Shown here: one piece after another, positions 27,524-40,254 of the stretch
How positions within the stretch are numbered: the first letter of the stretch is position 1
How the letters are laid out: each line of letters starts with the position of its first letter
Assembly: GCF_001194135.2 (NCBI RefSeq)
Contig: NC_068984.1
Location: forward strand, 136,715,802 to 136,779,801
DNA length: 64,000 bases
Direction: 5' to 3'
Source: Octopus bimaculoides
Lineage: Eukaryota
Position numbers and translations under genes: made by a program
Notes under the pieces: model-generated
Seen by the model: the letters and a program-made list of their open reading frames with translations, nothing else
Database searches by the model: none
What the model was told of the DNA's origin: nothing

Positions 27524-28281
27524 AACATTACTGCCTGAATAGAAATGGAAAGTCTATTGCTGACAGAAAGATTCAGCTGTTACTCCGCAACCGGACAACT
27601 GGCACTGAAGAACCCAAGCAAGGCGAAATCATACGATCCGACAGTTCCGATGGCCGTAACAGACGGTTCTCGTCTGCCAGCGATATAAATCCGAATCCTT
27701 TTATGAGAGGTCTTCTCCAGGAGATATTTTGTCTTCTAACATAACTTTAAGTCGGTGATAAAAACTGCCTTTTACATATATAACTATTTTATCTTTTATT
27801 TATTTTAAAATTGTACAAAAACGATTTTAGAGAGATTTGGTTATTATTTCTAGAAGATCGGATGACCGGTAGTTTCATAGTTAGTTCGATTTTACTTTTA
27901 AAATTAGTGGTTTTATAGTTTTAACCTTTATAATTCTTATAATAGAGACTAAAATATATAATAAATACATCAATAATAAAGGAGAGAAATGTTATTTCTA
28001 TTATCTGTGGAGCTTCAAATACCTAAATTTAACTTTAGTGCTGAGTTTTTAAGTATATTTCCAACCTATAATGAATAGAATTAAATTATATGGAGTTGTG
28101 TACATCTAATTATGTGTGTGTATGTATGTATGTATAAAATCGGCTGTGTGTATTTAATTATGTGTATACATAATTAAATATATACGTAATTTATATATAT
28201 ATAATTATATATATACGTAATTATATATGTAGTATATATATATACATATATATAAATATGCATGTACACATAGTTATATTA

Positions 28282-28312
<31 letters not shown>

Positions 28313-28342
28313 ATATATATATATATACACACATATATACAG

Positions 28343-28434
<92 letters not shown>

Positions 28435-29052
28435 GAGCAAATTGATTTTTTTAACCTAAATATAAGCAAATTAATATATGTTGTGTCTAGTAGTGAGCAT
28501 TCTAAATAGATGTAGACGGCAATTCCAGTTATCAACGGGAAAAGCAGACATCACGGCGACTAAATAAAATTCCACAAAGAAAAGAAAGAATTGCACAAAA
28601 AAAGCAGTAAAAAATCGGAGGTGTGAGGAGAGAGACAGAGAAGGCGGGGGCCTGCTCATGCTACCACCTCACTAGTAAACGAACAGATACAAACCACGGT
28701 TAGCAATATAACCAATAAGGGAGCTTCAACGTGGTCTCTACTTGGCTAGTTGACGCTACAACTCAGTCAAGGACTAGCGATATTGCTTTTTATATTTCTG
28801 GGGGATTTTTAAGTCTCAATGTGTGAGATAAACTACGTCTGGAAAGACAGGATGGTCGTGGGAAGAATGAATACCTTTGATTAAGGCAAAACCTGGGTCT
28901 AAAGGTGAAATAAGCAGCGGAGATTCTTTGCCCCGCACAGAAACTGCTGCAGTTACTCAGAGATTTTCCAAGCTCTTCTTCTCAATCTACCATGATGTCA
29001 GAATCTCTGAATTTATCACAATGTCAGAACCTCTGACACAATCAAAATGTCA

Positions 29053-29158
29053 AAAACAGCTCAGGGTCACACGCATTTCGCCCCTTAGCCTGAGCGTTTT
29101 TCCTGAATGGAGCAGCGATGATTGAATCAGTTTTCGCCTGCTGAAGGGTTGCACCTGC
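29053..29158. repeat. ~105-bp dispersed direct repeat, copy 2
   Basis: AAACAGCTCAGGGTCAC...GAAGGGTTGCACCTGC. Confidence 0.85.
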
Positions 29159-29564
29159 GATCGTTTGTCCACTACAATCACTCTGAGCTGGTTTCAACTG
29201 CTATTAATCTCTGCTTGGTGAATTTTTTTTCTTTGTCTTCAGAATACAGCGCAACGATTTAGCTGGAAAAGCTCGTAATCCGAGTAAAACGGTTTTGCAG
29301 TTTCTTGCTGAACGACTTGCACAAACGATTTGTTTCTGGCAATCCAATATATGTGGTGCGCACTACCTCACTCCCTCCATCAAATCGTCGTTGCCTGAAG
29401 AGGTGCACAGTATTCAAGACCACCGGTGTCGACGTGATCGCAGAGCAACGTGAGATGAATTGTTCTGCTCAAGAACACAATGCACCACCTGATCCAGGAA
29501 GTGAAACCACAATCTTGTGATCGTGAGTGCAACACCGCAACATGCATGCATGCATACATACATA

Positions 29565-29794
29565 CAGGGTTGGCCAAAAGTCACCCGACAGTAAATTCCA
29601 TAAATACTATCTGTAATTCTGTATTGACTCGAATGGAAAAAAATGTGTCGCTCAAGAAGGACTTCAGTTTGAACAATTTTCATGTTGTTTCATATTTTAG
29701 ATGGCTTTATTAAATTCATTCAGTTGTCAAACATGAATAAATCTTGGAATTAAATGGTTTTGAATTACTGTCAGATGACTTTTGGCCAACCCTG
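29565..29794. mobile_element. Tc1/mariner-type MITE
   Basis: TA|CAGGGTTGGCCAAAAGTCACCCGACAGTAA ... TTACTGTCAGATGACTTTTGGCCAACCCTG|TA (~30-bp TIR, TA TSD). Confidence 0.9.
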
Positions 29795-30899
29795 TATATG
29801 CCCCCCCACACACACACACATATATATATCTTTAGTTAAATATATTCAATGAGAATATTATATACTGAATTTATATTGAGCGATCTATTGCATCAAAGTA
29901 TTAATACTATTAAAGTATTTATGTATTTAATACGAGCAATTANNNNNNNNNNNNNNNNNNNNNNNNNNNNNNNNNNNNNNNNNNNNNNNNNNNNNNNNNN
30001 NNNNNNNNNNNNNNNNTTAAAGCATCTTACGATCGTTTCGCAGAAGTGCTGTCCCTATAATGGAATCCTATATTGATAAGCATTTATAAATAACTCTTCT
30101 GCTCTTCAGAGATATAAACTTTGAATTTTGTATAATTTATCGAATGGTAGTTTTTTTTTTTTTTTAATATGAAGTAATATGATAAATAATATAAAATAAA
30201 ATTATATGTGAAATTATGTGAGGTTATAAAATTATAAATTGGTCAAAATATTTCTTTTATATTTTTATTTTTATAATTGGAAGATGCCAATTAAAATTTT
30301 TAGATTTTTAAATTTAATGCAATTATCTTCATATTTTCACATTAAGCCAAAATCTGTTATTTCTATGACAAAACTTTTACACACTCGAGACGTCCCTGAT
30401 TCTCTGATACAAACCGCATGTTTTAATGTGATCTAAATTAAGATCTCATATCAAAACCACATGCTAATTTATTCCAAACACCACTAAATTCTGTTATTTT
30501 AAAAACCGAAACAAAGGCAGCATATCTCAACAGAAATATGTTAACAAACGGGTCAACATAGAAACAACAACCAGATATCTTTTTAATCAATAGTCTTTTG
30601 AAGATCATATCTAATACAAGGCACATAATGCCTGAAAGGATTTACAAAATAAAAAAACATACTATTTCAGTTTATGAGTGAGTTACAAATATCAAACAAT
30701 ATGAAAAGGCTTCTGCTTGGTGACAATCCAGAATTTTGGGGGGAAAAGCATGAAATCAAAATTAGACTTAGATTATTAATAACAACCAATTACCTTGAAG
30801 GATAATTTTCCACAAGAGCCTGACTATATGAACCAATGATATATATAAAGCAGATATACAATAACAGATAAGAACTTTATTTATCAAAAAATGCTATGA

Positions 30900-32026
30900 G
30901 GATAAAGATAAACCTTCTTTTCTATAATGTTATCCAATAAAGCCACCTTCGGCTTCAACAACTGCTTCTATATTAGATCTGAATCATCTCCATGCTCGAA
31001 TTAAGTGGTCCTGATTCATTTTGGACATTACTCTCACGATGGCAATTTTCATTGACCTCTCTCTCAACAACGCTCCACATGTAATAATCCAATGGATTGA
31101 GATCTGAGTAATTAGAAAGCCAAATGTTAAGGGTTATGTGATCATGAAATTTTCAGCCATCCATTCCTGTGTTACTAGACATGTGTTATAGTGCAGAGTC
31201 TTACTGAAACACATATGGCCTTCCATTGCATGCACTGTCTATCCAAGGCTTAACAATTATTTCCAGGACCTCAATGCAGGCGGCAGAATTAACTCTAAGG
31301 CCTTGTGGAAGCAAGGAGGTATCACATGTCCTTCATTACTGACAACCCCTAAAACCATGACAGTTGCAGGAAATTCTGTATGGATAACACTTGGAACTTC
31401 AGAAGGGTCTGCAGATAACCATCTGTCATCTCTTCTGTGAACTTTTTGATCTTGGTCGAAGTTTTTCTTGTTTGAGAAAAACCAAATCAAATTTCCTTCT
31501 TCTGGATTTTTCAGTTTGTTTAAGAGCCATTTAGATCTGATGTAGTTATTTCTTTTGCTTTTTCTGACAAATTGATCTTTCCTCATCATGTGAGACTGAT
31601 GTCTTCGTGGACAACATTTCTGACTGTTCCTTCTGACACATGGAGATCTTTTGCAATTGTCCTCATGGACTTTCTGAGATAATAATCAATGGCCTGTTGA
31701 ACTTGATGGATAAATTCAGATGTTCTGATGACTTCAGAGGATATAGAATGCTTTTTATGCTTTGATACTGGTGAAACGCTTCTATCTTCAGTCTCTAGCT
31801 CCTTACAAACTTTGTAGACGAAAGATCTGGCAACTTTTAAAAATCGAGATATTTCTAAATCGATATGCTCAGCCTTTATAACCACAATAGCAGCATGCTT
31901 CTTCGTTTCTTGAGTAAACTGAGGGTCTGCCATTATTATATTCTGAAACAAAGATTATCCAGAGTTAGCAATAAATGCAGCAATGACCCCAAAACGATAT
32001 GTCCTCAAATACCTCACGCACCCTGT
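30900..32026 (-). mobile_element. Tc1/mariner (maT/DD37D-like) transposase pseudogene
   Basis: ORFs 31586-31951 (HTH, KSMRTIAKDLHVSEGTVRNVVHEDI) and 31257-31589 (IWFFSNKKNF..TVMVLGVVSNEGHVIPP), then WMAENFHDH..SDLNPLDYYMW. TA-CAGGGTGCG TIR-like end at ~32016-32026. Confidence 0.85.
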
Positions 32027-32736
32027 AAATTAGCTATTGGCAACAGAAGTAATCTTTGTAACGAATGTCAATCAGCATATTGAAAGCTAACTTAGATGTG
32101 TTCTTTATATCTCAGAAGACTGCGGTAAAAGTCTCGAAAACTATTACAGAAGTGCAGTCTACTGGTGCTGATTAAATTTAGCCAAGCGAAAGAATTTCGA
32201 TACTATTTTTTAGCATTTGTCGCCTACACGAAATTATTTATTCGGGTCGTTTGCCGCAGTCTACGGCGTTATGAAAAATATATCCAGATTAGCTGGTATG
32301 TGCAAATTTATATTCATTACAAAGGTTGCTTATGAGAGGAGGAGAGGAGGGGGGGGAAACGAGGAGGGTGGGAAGGGAAGGGAAGGAGAGAATATGGAGA
32401 GGATGGAAGAGGAGAAGGCAGAAAGGGAGGCAGAGACAGAAGGTATTCGTGTGTGTGGTGGGGTGGAGATAAGATCACCTGCACTTAACCAGTACTTTAT
32501 TTTACTGACATCCCGGAAACATTAAAAGACAAAACTGCACTTCGGCAGGTTTTGAACTCAGAGTGGAGTGGGGTGGAACGATCTGAAACTCAAAACACAA
32601 GCATGGGAAACCATTTTCTAGAAGCTGACCGCATGAGACATAGCTCACCATCAAGTATATTTCTCGTCAAGGGTGCCATTCAGAAAGTCCCGCGGGCCGC
32701 AGGTTACCCGCAATCGCTGTGACTGCTCTAATGACT

Positions 32737-32989
32737 CTTATTTCTTTATTGCCCACAAGGGGCTAAACATTGAGGGGACAAACAAGGACAGACAAAGGGA
32801 TTAAGTCGATTACATCGAACCCAGTGCGTAACTGGTACTTATTTAATCGATCCCGAAAGGATGAAAGGCAAAGTCGACCTCGGCGGAATTTGAACTCAGA
32901 ACGTAACGGCAGACGAAATACCGCTAAGCATTTCGCCCGGCGTGATAACATTTCTTATTTCTTTATTGCCCACAAGGGGCTAAACATAG
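32737..32989 (-). mobile_element. SINE family C, full copy plus the start of a tandem second copy (other pieces at ~24965-25110, 43925-44065, 44150-44340, 44760-44965, 49545-49745)
   Basis: GTTCTGAGTTCAAATTCCGCCGAGGTCGACTTTGCCTTTCATCCTTTCGGG core; tail TTTAGCCCCTTGTGGGCAATAAAGAAATAAG. Confidence 0.85.
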
Positions 32990-34127
32990 NNNNNNNNNNN
33001 NNNNNNNNNNNNNNNNNNNNNNNNNNNNNNNNNNNNNNNNNNNNNNNNNNNNNNNNNNNNNNNNNNNNNNNNNNNNNNNNNNNNNNNNNNNNNNNNNNNN
33101 NNNNNNNNNNNNNNNNNNNNNNNNNNNNNNNNNNNNNNNNNNNNNNNNNNNNNNNNNNNNNNNNNNNNNNNNNNNNNNNNNNNNNNNNNNNNNNNNNNNN
33201 NNNNNNNNNNNNNNNNNNNNNNNNNNNNNNNNNNNNNNNNNNNNNNNNNNNNNNNNNNNNNNNNNNNNNNNNNNNNNNNNNNNNNNNNNNNNNNNNNNNN
33301 NNNNNNNNNNNNNNNNNNNNNNNNNNNNNNNNNNNNNNNNNNNNNNNNNNNNNNNNNNNNNNNNNNNNNNNNNNNNNNNNNNNNNNNNNNNNNNNNNNNN
33401 NNNNNNNNNNNNNNNNNNNNNNNNNNNNNNNNNNNNNNNNNNNNNNNNNNNNNNNNNNNNNNNNNNNNNNNNNNNNNNNNNNNNNNNNNNNNNNNNNNNN
33501 NNNNNNNNNNNNNNNNNNNNNNNNNNNNNNNNNNNNNNNNNNNNNNNNNNNNNNNNNNNNNNNNNNNNNNNNNNNNNNNNNNNNNNNNNNNNNNNNNNNN
33601 NNNNNNNNNNNNNNNNNNNNNNNNNNNNNNNNNNNNNNNNNNNNNNNNNNNNNNNNNNNNNNNNNNNNNNNNNNNNNNNNNNNNNNNNNNNNNNNNNNNN
33701 NNNNNNNNNNNNNNNNNNNNNNNNNNNNNNNNTTCATACTGGTACCGAGGACAACGGGGGCGGGGGGCAGAGTAGGTAGGGACGGTGATAGATGCATCGT
33801 TACAGTTTCGCTGTTAATCTTTGTTTCCTATTTGAATATTAACTTTGTGAAATATTTCAACTATAATATCATGATAAACTGCTTGTTTATCTACAACCTG
33901 AACAACAACAACAACAACAATTACAGTTCAGTCGGTTGAGCATCAGACTTATATATCTTGACTAATAAGTGATCTGGAGGTTATGGGTTCATTTTCCTCA
34001 GCGGGCGCACATTTCCTCTTAGGTGCAGGCGTAACTGAGAGGTTAAGGAGCTTGTTTTATATAAAATATTTACAGTTAAGCTGACATCATCTTCTGTGGT
34101 AGATAAAATAAAAGCCATTTATGATTA

Positions 34128-34769
34128 CAGTAAACCCTCGACTACTGCGGGTGTTACATTCCTCGCGATAGGTGAAAATCCATGAAGTAGAAACAATATT
34201 GTACTGTATATATTTTTTAATTATTTTTATAATTTGTATATACCGTAAATCCTCGAGTATAGTCCGCCCTTGAGTATAATACGCAGGGGATTTTTAGGGG
34301 TCTGTACCTCTGAAAAACCTAAACCTTGTGTATAATACGCACCCCTTCTTTAACTTGAGTCAAGAAGGTCTATATAACGTCCTTGGTTTGTAAATGTATA
34401 TACGGTAATGTCCTTTATTATTATTGTATATATAACATAATGCAAACGTGTAGCTTTTTTGTGCACTTTGTTTGCAGAAAATAAAGAAATAACAGTAATA
34501 ACGTCAGTGAAAAATAAATATTAAGTAAATTGCCTTTACATATTTATCACTTAGAAAATTTTGCTTAGAAAATATTTTTCGTTTTTAACCTCGTATATAG
34601 TACGCACTAGAAATTTTGACCTTCAAATTTTGGGAAAAAAAGTGCGAATTATATTCGGGGATTTATGGTATTTATTTTATTATAAATGCAAAACAACGCC
34701 ACAGGGGAATCGACGTAAGCTTAAATAATAAATCGCAACAGGTGAACCACAATATGGCAAGGGATTATT
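34128..34769. mobile_element. Tigger/pogo-like MITE split by a nested MITE
   Basis: Starts CAGTAAACCCTCG. Segments 34128-34242 and 34669-34769 join into the reverse complement of the uninterrupted copy at 55176-55394. Confidence 0.8.
34243..34668. mobile_element. Nested TcMar/pogo-type MITE
   Basis: TA|CCGTAAATCCTCGAGTATAGTCCGC ... GCGAATTATATTCGGGGATTTATGG|TA. The TA duplication is confirmed by the empty site in the 55.2-kb copy. Confidence 0.85.
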
Positions 34770-34809
34770 TTCTTCCAAATTTGCTTTTACACATTCCATA
34801 GCAGGTAAA

Positions 34810-35453
34810 ATAAAGCCGAGATCACCATCGCTATTTCTCCTTCTGTGCTGGATAAAATAGTACCAGTCAAGCCGAGATCAGTTGTGCCTTTTAATCTTCT
34901 GTGGTGGATAAAATAGCACAAGTTAAATCGAGATTAAATTTGCCTTTTAACTTACCAAGGTGTATAAGGAAAAAAAAGTGCCACGTAAATCCAAGATCAA
35001 CATTCCTTTTTAAGTTGAAATCGATTTTACCTTTTAGCTTTCTGTAATGGATAAAATAGTACCATTTAAGTTGATTTTTAAGTCAAGATAGATAAACTTT
35101 GGCTTTTAACATTCTACGGTTGAAAAAGTAGTAACAATTAAGATGAGCTCAGCTTTGGCTATAACCTTCCATGGCGGTTAAAACAGTAGCTAAGCTGAGA
35201 TCAGCTTTACCTTCAACTTTCTATGGTAATATAAACTTTAGCATTCTGTCGTGGATAAAACAGAACAGTACCAGTTAAGATGAACTCAGCTTTGGCTATA
35301 ACCTTCCATGGCGGCTAAAACAGTAGCTAAGCTGAGATCAGCTTTACCTTCAACTTTCTATGGTAATAATATAGTACAAGTTGAGTCGATATAAACTTTA
35401 GCATTCTGTCGTGGATAAAACAGAACAGTACCAGTTAAGATGAACTCAGCTTT
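34810..35453. repeat. SINE-C-derived tandem array (~45-60-bp subunits, 137/160-bp higher-order period), runs into a gap
   Basis: Subunit GCCGAGATCAGTTGTGCCTTTTAATCTTCTGTGGTGGATAAAATAGCACAAGTTAA aligns to the SINE C core at 24979-25035. Long duplicated blocks at 35184/35321 and 35231/35391. Confidence 0.8.
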
Positions 35454-36827
35454 NNNNNNNNNNNNNNNNNNNNNNNNNNNNNNNNNNNNNNNNNNNNNNN
35501 NNNNNNNNNNNNNNNNNNNNNNNNNNNNNNNNNNNNNNNNNNNNNNNNNNNNNNNNNNNNNNNNNNNNNNNNNNNNNNNNNNNNNNNNNNNNNNNNNNNN
35601 NNNNNNNNNNNNNNNNNNNNNNNNNNNNNNNNNNNNNNNNNNNNNNNNNNNNNNNNNNNNNNNNNNNNNNNNNNNNNNNNNNNNNNNNNNNNNNNNNNNN
35701 NNNNNNNNNNNNNNNNNNNNNNNNNNNNNNNNNNNNNNNNNNNNNNNNNNNNNNNNNNNNNNNNNNNNNNNNNNNNNNNNNNNNNNNNNNNNNNNNNNNN
35801 NNNNNNNNNNNNNNNNNNNNNNNNNNNNNNNNNNNNNNNNNNNNNNNNNNNNNNNNNNNNNNNNNNNNNNNNNNNNNNNNNNNNNNNNNNNNNNNNNNNN
35901 NNNNNNNNNNNNNNNNNNNNNNNNNNNNNNNNNNNNNNNNNNNNNNNNNNNNNNNNNNNNNNNNNNNNNNNNNNNNNNNNNNNNNNNNNNNNNNNNNNNN
36001 NNNNNNNNNNNNTTTTTTTTTTTTTTTTTTTTTTTTTTGTATTAATCGACTTTACGCAGGTTCTGAAAGTTGTAGCCTTCCACCAATGTTAGGAATCAAT
36101 AGTTTTTTTTTTTCAAGAAAAGGAACAAAATGAAAAACTCGGCTATTACTTTTTTGGCTTAATTTATGCTTGTTTCTGTTAACTTTGGTCCATACACTGA
36201 TTCAAGATGTGATATCATTGTATATCAGACATTCGTGGAAAGGAGCGAGAATATCTGGAAGACAACGAAAATCAATAAAGTCAGTTTTGTTCTCGTTGTC
36301 CGAATACTCTGATGCTTTTGACACCTTCATATACATACGGATGTTATACATGTATGTATGTATGTATGTATGTATGTATGTATAAATGTATATATGTATG
36401 TATGTATGTATAGATGTATGTATAAATGTATGTATGCATGTATAAATGTATGTATGTATATATGTATGCATGTATGTATGTATAAATGTATACATGTATA
36501 AATGTATGTATGTATGTATAGATGTATGTATGCATGTATGTATGTATGTATAAATGTATGTATGTATGTATGTAAACATGTATGTATAAATGTATGTATG
36601 TATGTTATTAGGTATGTAGCTGTTTATATAAATGTATATATGTAGNNNNNNNNNNTCAGTGTATAATTCTATGTGTGTGGTGCGTCTGTGTGAGTTGAGT
36701 ACAACACATGTATATAACATATATATATATATGTATATAAGTATATAATATATATAATATATATATATGTATACAGGTATATATTTATATAATATATATA
36801 TGTGTATATAAGTATATAATAAAATAT

Positions 36828-36880
<53 letters not shown>

Positions 36881-36895
36881 ATATGTATATAATAA

Positions 36896-36945
<50 letters not shown>

Positions 36946-37275
36946 CAATATCCATTTATCTCAATCTCTCTATATATTTATATGTGTATATATTTATATA
37001 TATTTATATGTGTGAGAGAGTGTATAAATATTTTATATAGATCGAGAGACAGACAGAGCATCAGAGAATGACAGAGAGAAAAAGAAAGAGGGAGTGTCTG
37101 ATTGATAGAAACATATATAGATATTGATAAATATGCATAAATGTTTATAAATGTGAACACACATACATACATGCATATATATATACATATATATATATAT
37201 GTAAATATATATATATACATATATATATATTCTATAGTCACACACACGTACAGGCATGCACACATATACATATAT

Positions 37276-37314
<39 letters not shown>

Positions 37315-38591
37315 CGTTTATCTATGCATATATAAATACGTTCCCACTTGTGAACAAATCTTTTGATGCGTGAATTGTATACATGAATTTTGTTAACGTT
37401 AGAATCTATATTCCGTGTTGCACTTGCGCTATGCTGTGTCTTCTGTTGTTAGTGTTATCACTACCACTATTGTTGTAGATGTTGTTGTCGTTGTTGTTTT
37501 TATTTAGTCTTCTATTATATTTATTCTGTAAGTTCAGCGACCATTTGTCGTGGACATCGACAGTTCTTTTTAGTAACCATTTTGAATAAGAATCAGTTCC
37601 ACTTTCACCTGCTTCTCCTTTCATAGCTGTGTTACGTGAGAATAACAAAATTGATCACATTATATATTTCTAATACATTTTTCGACTTGTAAGAAGGTCT
37701 GCCGGTTAAAAGGTTAATCTCCAGCTAAAAGCAGACGTTTGTTCGGAAATCGTAACAAGCCGGACTAAAATAAATATGGATATCTCGGTGTTTAAGGTCT
37801 GAAAGAGGGACAAAAAAAAATCAAAATAGAAAATAAGTTGTTTGATTCATTTGCACATGTAAAGATATGCATTATTGGATAAAACAAAATGGAAAAAAGT
37901 TACGTGGAATCAAAGCCCTGGGATGAGTGGATGGGTGGGTAGGTGGTAGTGGCGTAGCGTGGGCTTTGGCTAGTCTCTGCGGTATCCAAATTGGCTGTTT
38001 CCTCCTTTAAGCTTAAAATACCTTCTACTACAGCAAACACACATGTATAAAATGTTCACCTTGTGCTGTCTACACACTCTGTGCTTGTAGAAAGAGAGGA
38101 AGATAGAAAGGAAAGGAGGGAGGGAGAGAAAGAGACAAAGAGAGAGCACTAAACTGTAATTATGCAAAAACCCATTTGTCAAGTCTGCTTATGAAGGACA
38201 GAATGACATTACATCGACAACAAATTCAAGATCCTAGACCCAGAAAAATACCCCCAAATACCTGCGAGTAAACAACTAGATTTTAAAATCCAGGATGAGG
38301 CTTTTGTCTACTAATTGCAAAGTCAAAGTGTATATAACTCACCAAATTACATACATATGTGACACGTGACAGTATGTGTAATACATACATACATACATAC
38401 ATAACCACTTTCTTTTATATACAAAGGCACACGTGTATACAAATATACAAAGTGCATATGTATAAATGTACTTGTTGATATATATGTTACAAAGAAGAAT
38501 ACTTATATCTGTTGAGATTTTTGATAAAATATTTCTTTTCGTAAACAATGAAAAACGTTACTGTTCTATATTTGAGAGATGAGTAATTATG

Positions 38592-38875
38592 TACATTATT
38601 TACATTATTTACATTATTTACATTTGACGGATATTTGTCTTCATCTTGTTTGTTGTTAACACGTTTCGGCTGATATACCCTCCAACCTTCTTTAGGTGTC
38701 TTGGGGAAATTTCGAACCTGGGTTCTCATTCCTAAAGTATTTTGCGATGTTGTTGTTATTATTATTATTATTATTATTGTTGTTGTTGTTGTTGTTGTTG
38801 TTCAGGTCACTGCTTGGAATCGAACTCGGAATCTTGGGGTTAGTAGCCCGCACTCTTAACCACTACGCCATATGC
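38592..38875 (-). mobile_element. tRNA-headed SINE-like element with degenerate hammerhead in its 3' region and (AATGTAAAT)n tail
   Basis: Pol III A box TGGCGTAGTGG and B box GAGTTCGATTCC, internal (AAT/AAC)n. Minus 38700-38658 reads GACAC-CTAAAGA-A-GGTTG(10 nt)CAGCC-GAAA-C-[3-nt deletion]-GTGTT. Confidence 0.8.
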
Positions 38876-38887
38876 TAGTGGGCACTG

Positions 38888-38983
38888 GCATGTTCTAATG
38901 GTTAAGAGCGCAGGCTACTAAGCCCAAGATTCCGAGTTCGATTCCAAGCAGTAACCTGAACAATAATAATAATAATAATAATG

Positions 38984-39025
<42 letters not shown>

Positions 39026-39163
39026 TCGAAAAATACCTTAGGAATGAGAACCCAGGTTCGAAATTTCCCCCAAGACATTTGATGAAGGCTGGAAGGTATA
39101 TCAGCCGAAATGTTGTGTTAACAACAAACAAGACGAGGACAAATATCCGTCGATTGTAAATAA
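38888..39163 (+). mobile_element. Same SINE-like family, head-to-head with the previous copy
   Basis: B box GAGTTCGATTCC, (AAT)n core. 39074-39119 reads GACAT-TTGATGA-A-GGCTG(gaaggtatat)CAGCC-GAAA-TG-TT/GTGTT. Confidence 0.8.
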
Positions 39164-39199
39164 TTTTTAAAAAGTAAAATGTCGCCACTAAGAACTACG

Positions 39200-39520
39200 A
39201 AACATCGAGAGAGAGTTCGAATGTTATTATTCTTGGTGTGATTGTAACAACAAAGTCGTTCGTTCATTGTTTAGCTTTTGTTAGCTTGGGTGAGCAGCAA
39301 TCCGCCGTCAGTTCGCCGTCTTCTGGACGTCTCGTCTCTGTTGTCTCTCAATGCTCTCTGTCCAAGTAGCTAAGGTGCGCTGAATTCATAAGTGATGGTG
39401 AGGCCCGGAAAAAAAAAAGAGCGCCAAATGATTAAATTGTTGTTGAAGCTAGTTCTATGCGGAGTCTTGATTGGTCAGATTTTTTCGCGTGACACCGGAT
39501 ATAGTGATCTGCTTGCCGAA
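39200..39520 (-). promoter_or_regulatory. Promoter-like CpG-rich segment
   Basis: Unique sequence with many CpGs, a CCAAT box (minus ~39468-39472) and E2F-like TTTTCGCG and TTTGGCGC motifs. Motif-only support. Confidence 0.35.
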
Positions 39521-39568
39521 ATATTCCTGCCACACAAACACACACACGTCTGTACATACATACATACG

Positions 39569-39600
<32 letters not shown>

Positions 39601-40220
39601 CATACATACATATACATACATACATTATATATATATATATATATATATATATGAATGCGCGTGTTTATCAGAATTAACTGCTTCATGTTTTGGAAGTAAA
39701 AATGATATCNNNNNNNNNNNNNNNNNNNNNNNNNNNNNNNNNNNNNNNNNNNNNNNNNNNNNNNNNNNNNNNNNNNNNNNNNNNNNNNNNNNNNNNNNNN
39801 NNNNNNNNNNNNNNNNNNNNNNNNNNNNNNNNNNNNNNNNNNNNNNNNNNNNNNNNNNNNNNNNNNNNNNNNNNNNNNNNNNNNNNNNNNNNNNNNNNNN
39901 NNNNNNNNNNNNNNNNNNNNNNNNNNNNNNNNNNNNNNNNNNNNNNNNNNNNNNATATATACATGTATGTATATATACATATATCCACATGTATATATAC
40001 ACATAAATATACATACATACATATATATACATTCATACATATATATATATATATACGTATATATATATATATACATATATATATAAATGTATATATATAC
40101 ACATATACATACATGTATATATATATACATATACGTAAATAATGTATGTATATATATATATACACATATATAATACATGTAAATATACATATATGTATAC
40201 ATACACACACACACACATAC

Positions 40221-40254
<34 letters not shown>

